Source of the DNA: a virus | Lineage: Duplodnaviria > Caudoviricetes | Direction: 5' to 3' (one strand) | IMG/VR virus record: IMGVR_UViG_3300038673_000375 | Coordinates: 1 to 25,790 of that record | DNA: 25,790 nt | Part shown: positions 25,684 to 25,790 of the stretch, piece by piece | How the letters are laid out: every line of letters begins with the position of its first letter | Position numbering within the stretch: the first letter of the stretch is position 1 | Notes under the pieces: generated by a model | Told to the model about the DNA's origin: nothing | The model's input: the letters and a program-made list of their open reading frames with translations, nothing else | The model's database searches: none | Translations under genes and position numbers: made by a program

Positions 25684-25696
25684 AAAGATTTATATA
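25683..25696 (+). promoter_or_regulatory. Archaeal BRE-TATA promoter, rightward
   Basis: GAAAGA-TTTATATA matches a purine-rich BRE plus TTTAWATA. Confidence 0.65.
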
Positions 25697-25755
25697 GGGT
25701 GTGCAACAATGTATTATTGGAGACAGTTTTTATTAGTCTCTGGGAAAGTGGTAAG

Positions 25756-25790
25756 ATGTTTGAAAAATCTGAGGATAAAAGGCGTGGCTG
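25756..25790 (+). CDS. Possible 5' end of a divergent gene (MFEKSEDKRRG...)
   Basis: ATG 60 nt after the TATA box, weak GTGGT RBS, open to the window end. Confidence 0.35.
   Translation, partial: MFEKSEDKRRG

Larger units (their letters stand above)
1..25790. mobile_element. Tailed dsDNA virus/provirus (Caudoviricetes, siphovirus-like) head-tail gene block, probably infecting a Methanobacteriales archaeon
   Basis: Canonical order terS-terL-portal-MuF-protease-MCP-connectors-tail tube-chaperone-tape measure-tail tip, all on the minus strand; no sheath gene seen. Host inferred from the transglutaminase-like domain and BRE-TATA motifs. Free versus integrated state cannot be determined. Confidence 0.93.

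Noticed and set aside
25100-25697. Plus-strand ORFs of 92, 63 and 73 aa in the GC-rich region
   Set aside because: No convincing RBS; composition is unlike the viral genes; explained by high GC and palindromes.
24730-25700. Mini-CRISPR array or tRNA in the non-coding region
   Set aside because: No regularly spaced 25-40-nt repeats; no cloverleaf with a T-loop consensus.

Overview
The window is the morphogenesis arm of a tailed dsDNA (siphovirus-type) virus or provirus. Nearly all real genes form one tightly packed minus-strand block: two membrane proteins, TerS, TerL, portal, MuF/SPP1 gp7-like protein, prohead protease-scaffold, major capsid protein, connectors, tail tube, tail chaperone, tape measure, and several tail-tip or adhesin proteins. 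The host is most likely a pseudomurein-walled methanogen (Methanobacteriales). This is inferred from a transglutaminase-like Cys-His-Asp domain on the tape measure, a psiM2-type terminase, BRE-TATA promoter-like motifs and GGTGA/GGAGG ribosome-binding sites. Three observations stand out. (1) An unannotated -1 programmed frameshift at A_AAA_AAG extends the tail chaperone to within 2 nt of the next gene. (2) A ~1 kb divergent non-coding region has a roughly mirror-symmetric layout: a C/A tract, a GC-rich hairpin domain, a 28-bp 11-6-11 dif/loxP-like site, a second GC-rich hairpin domain with a GATC cluster, and a G/T tract. (3) A long imperfect inverted repeat lies in front of terS. All product calls come from motif recognition and gene order only; no database search was run.
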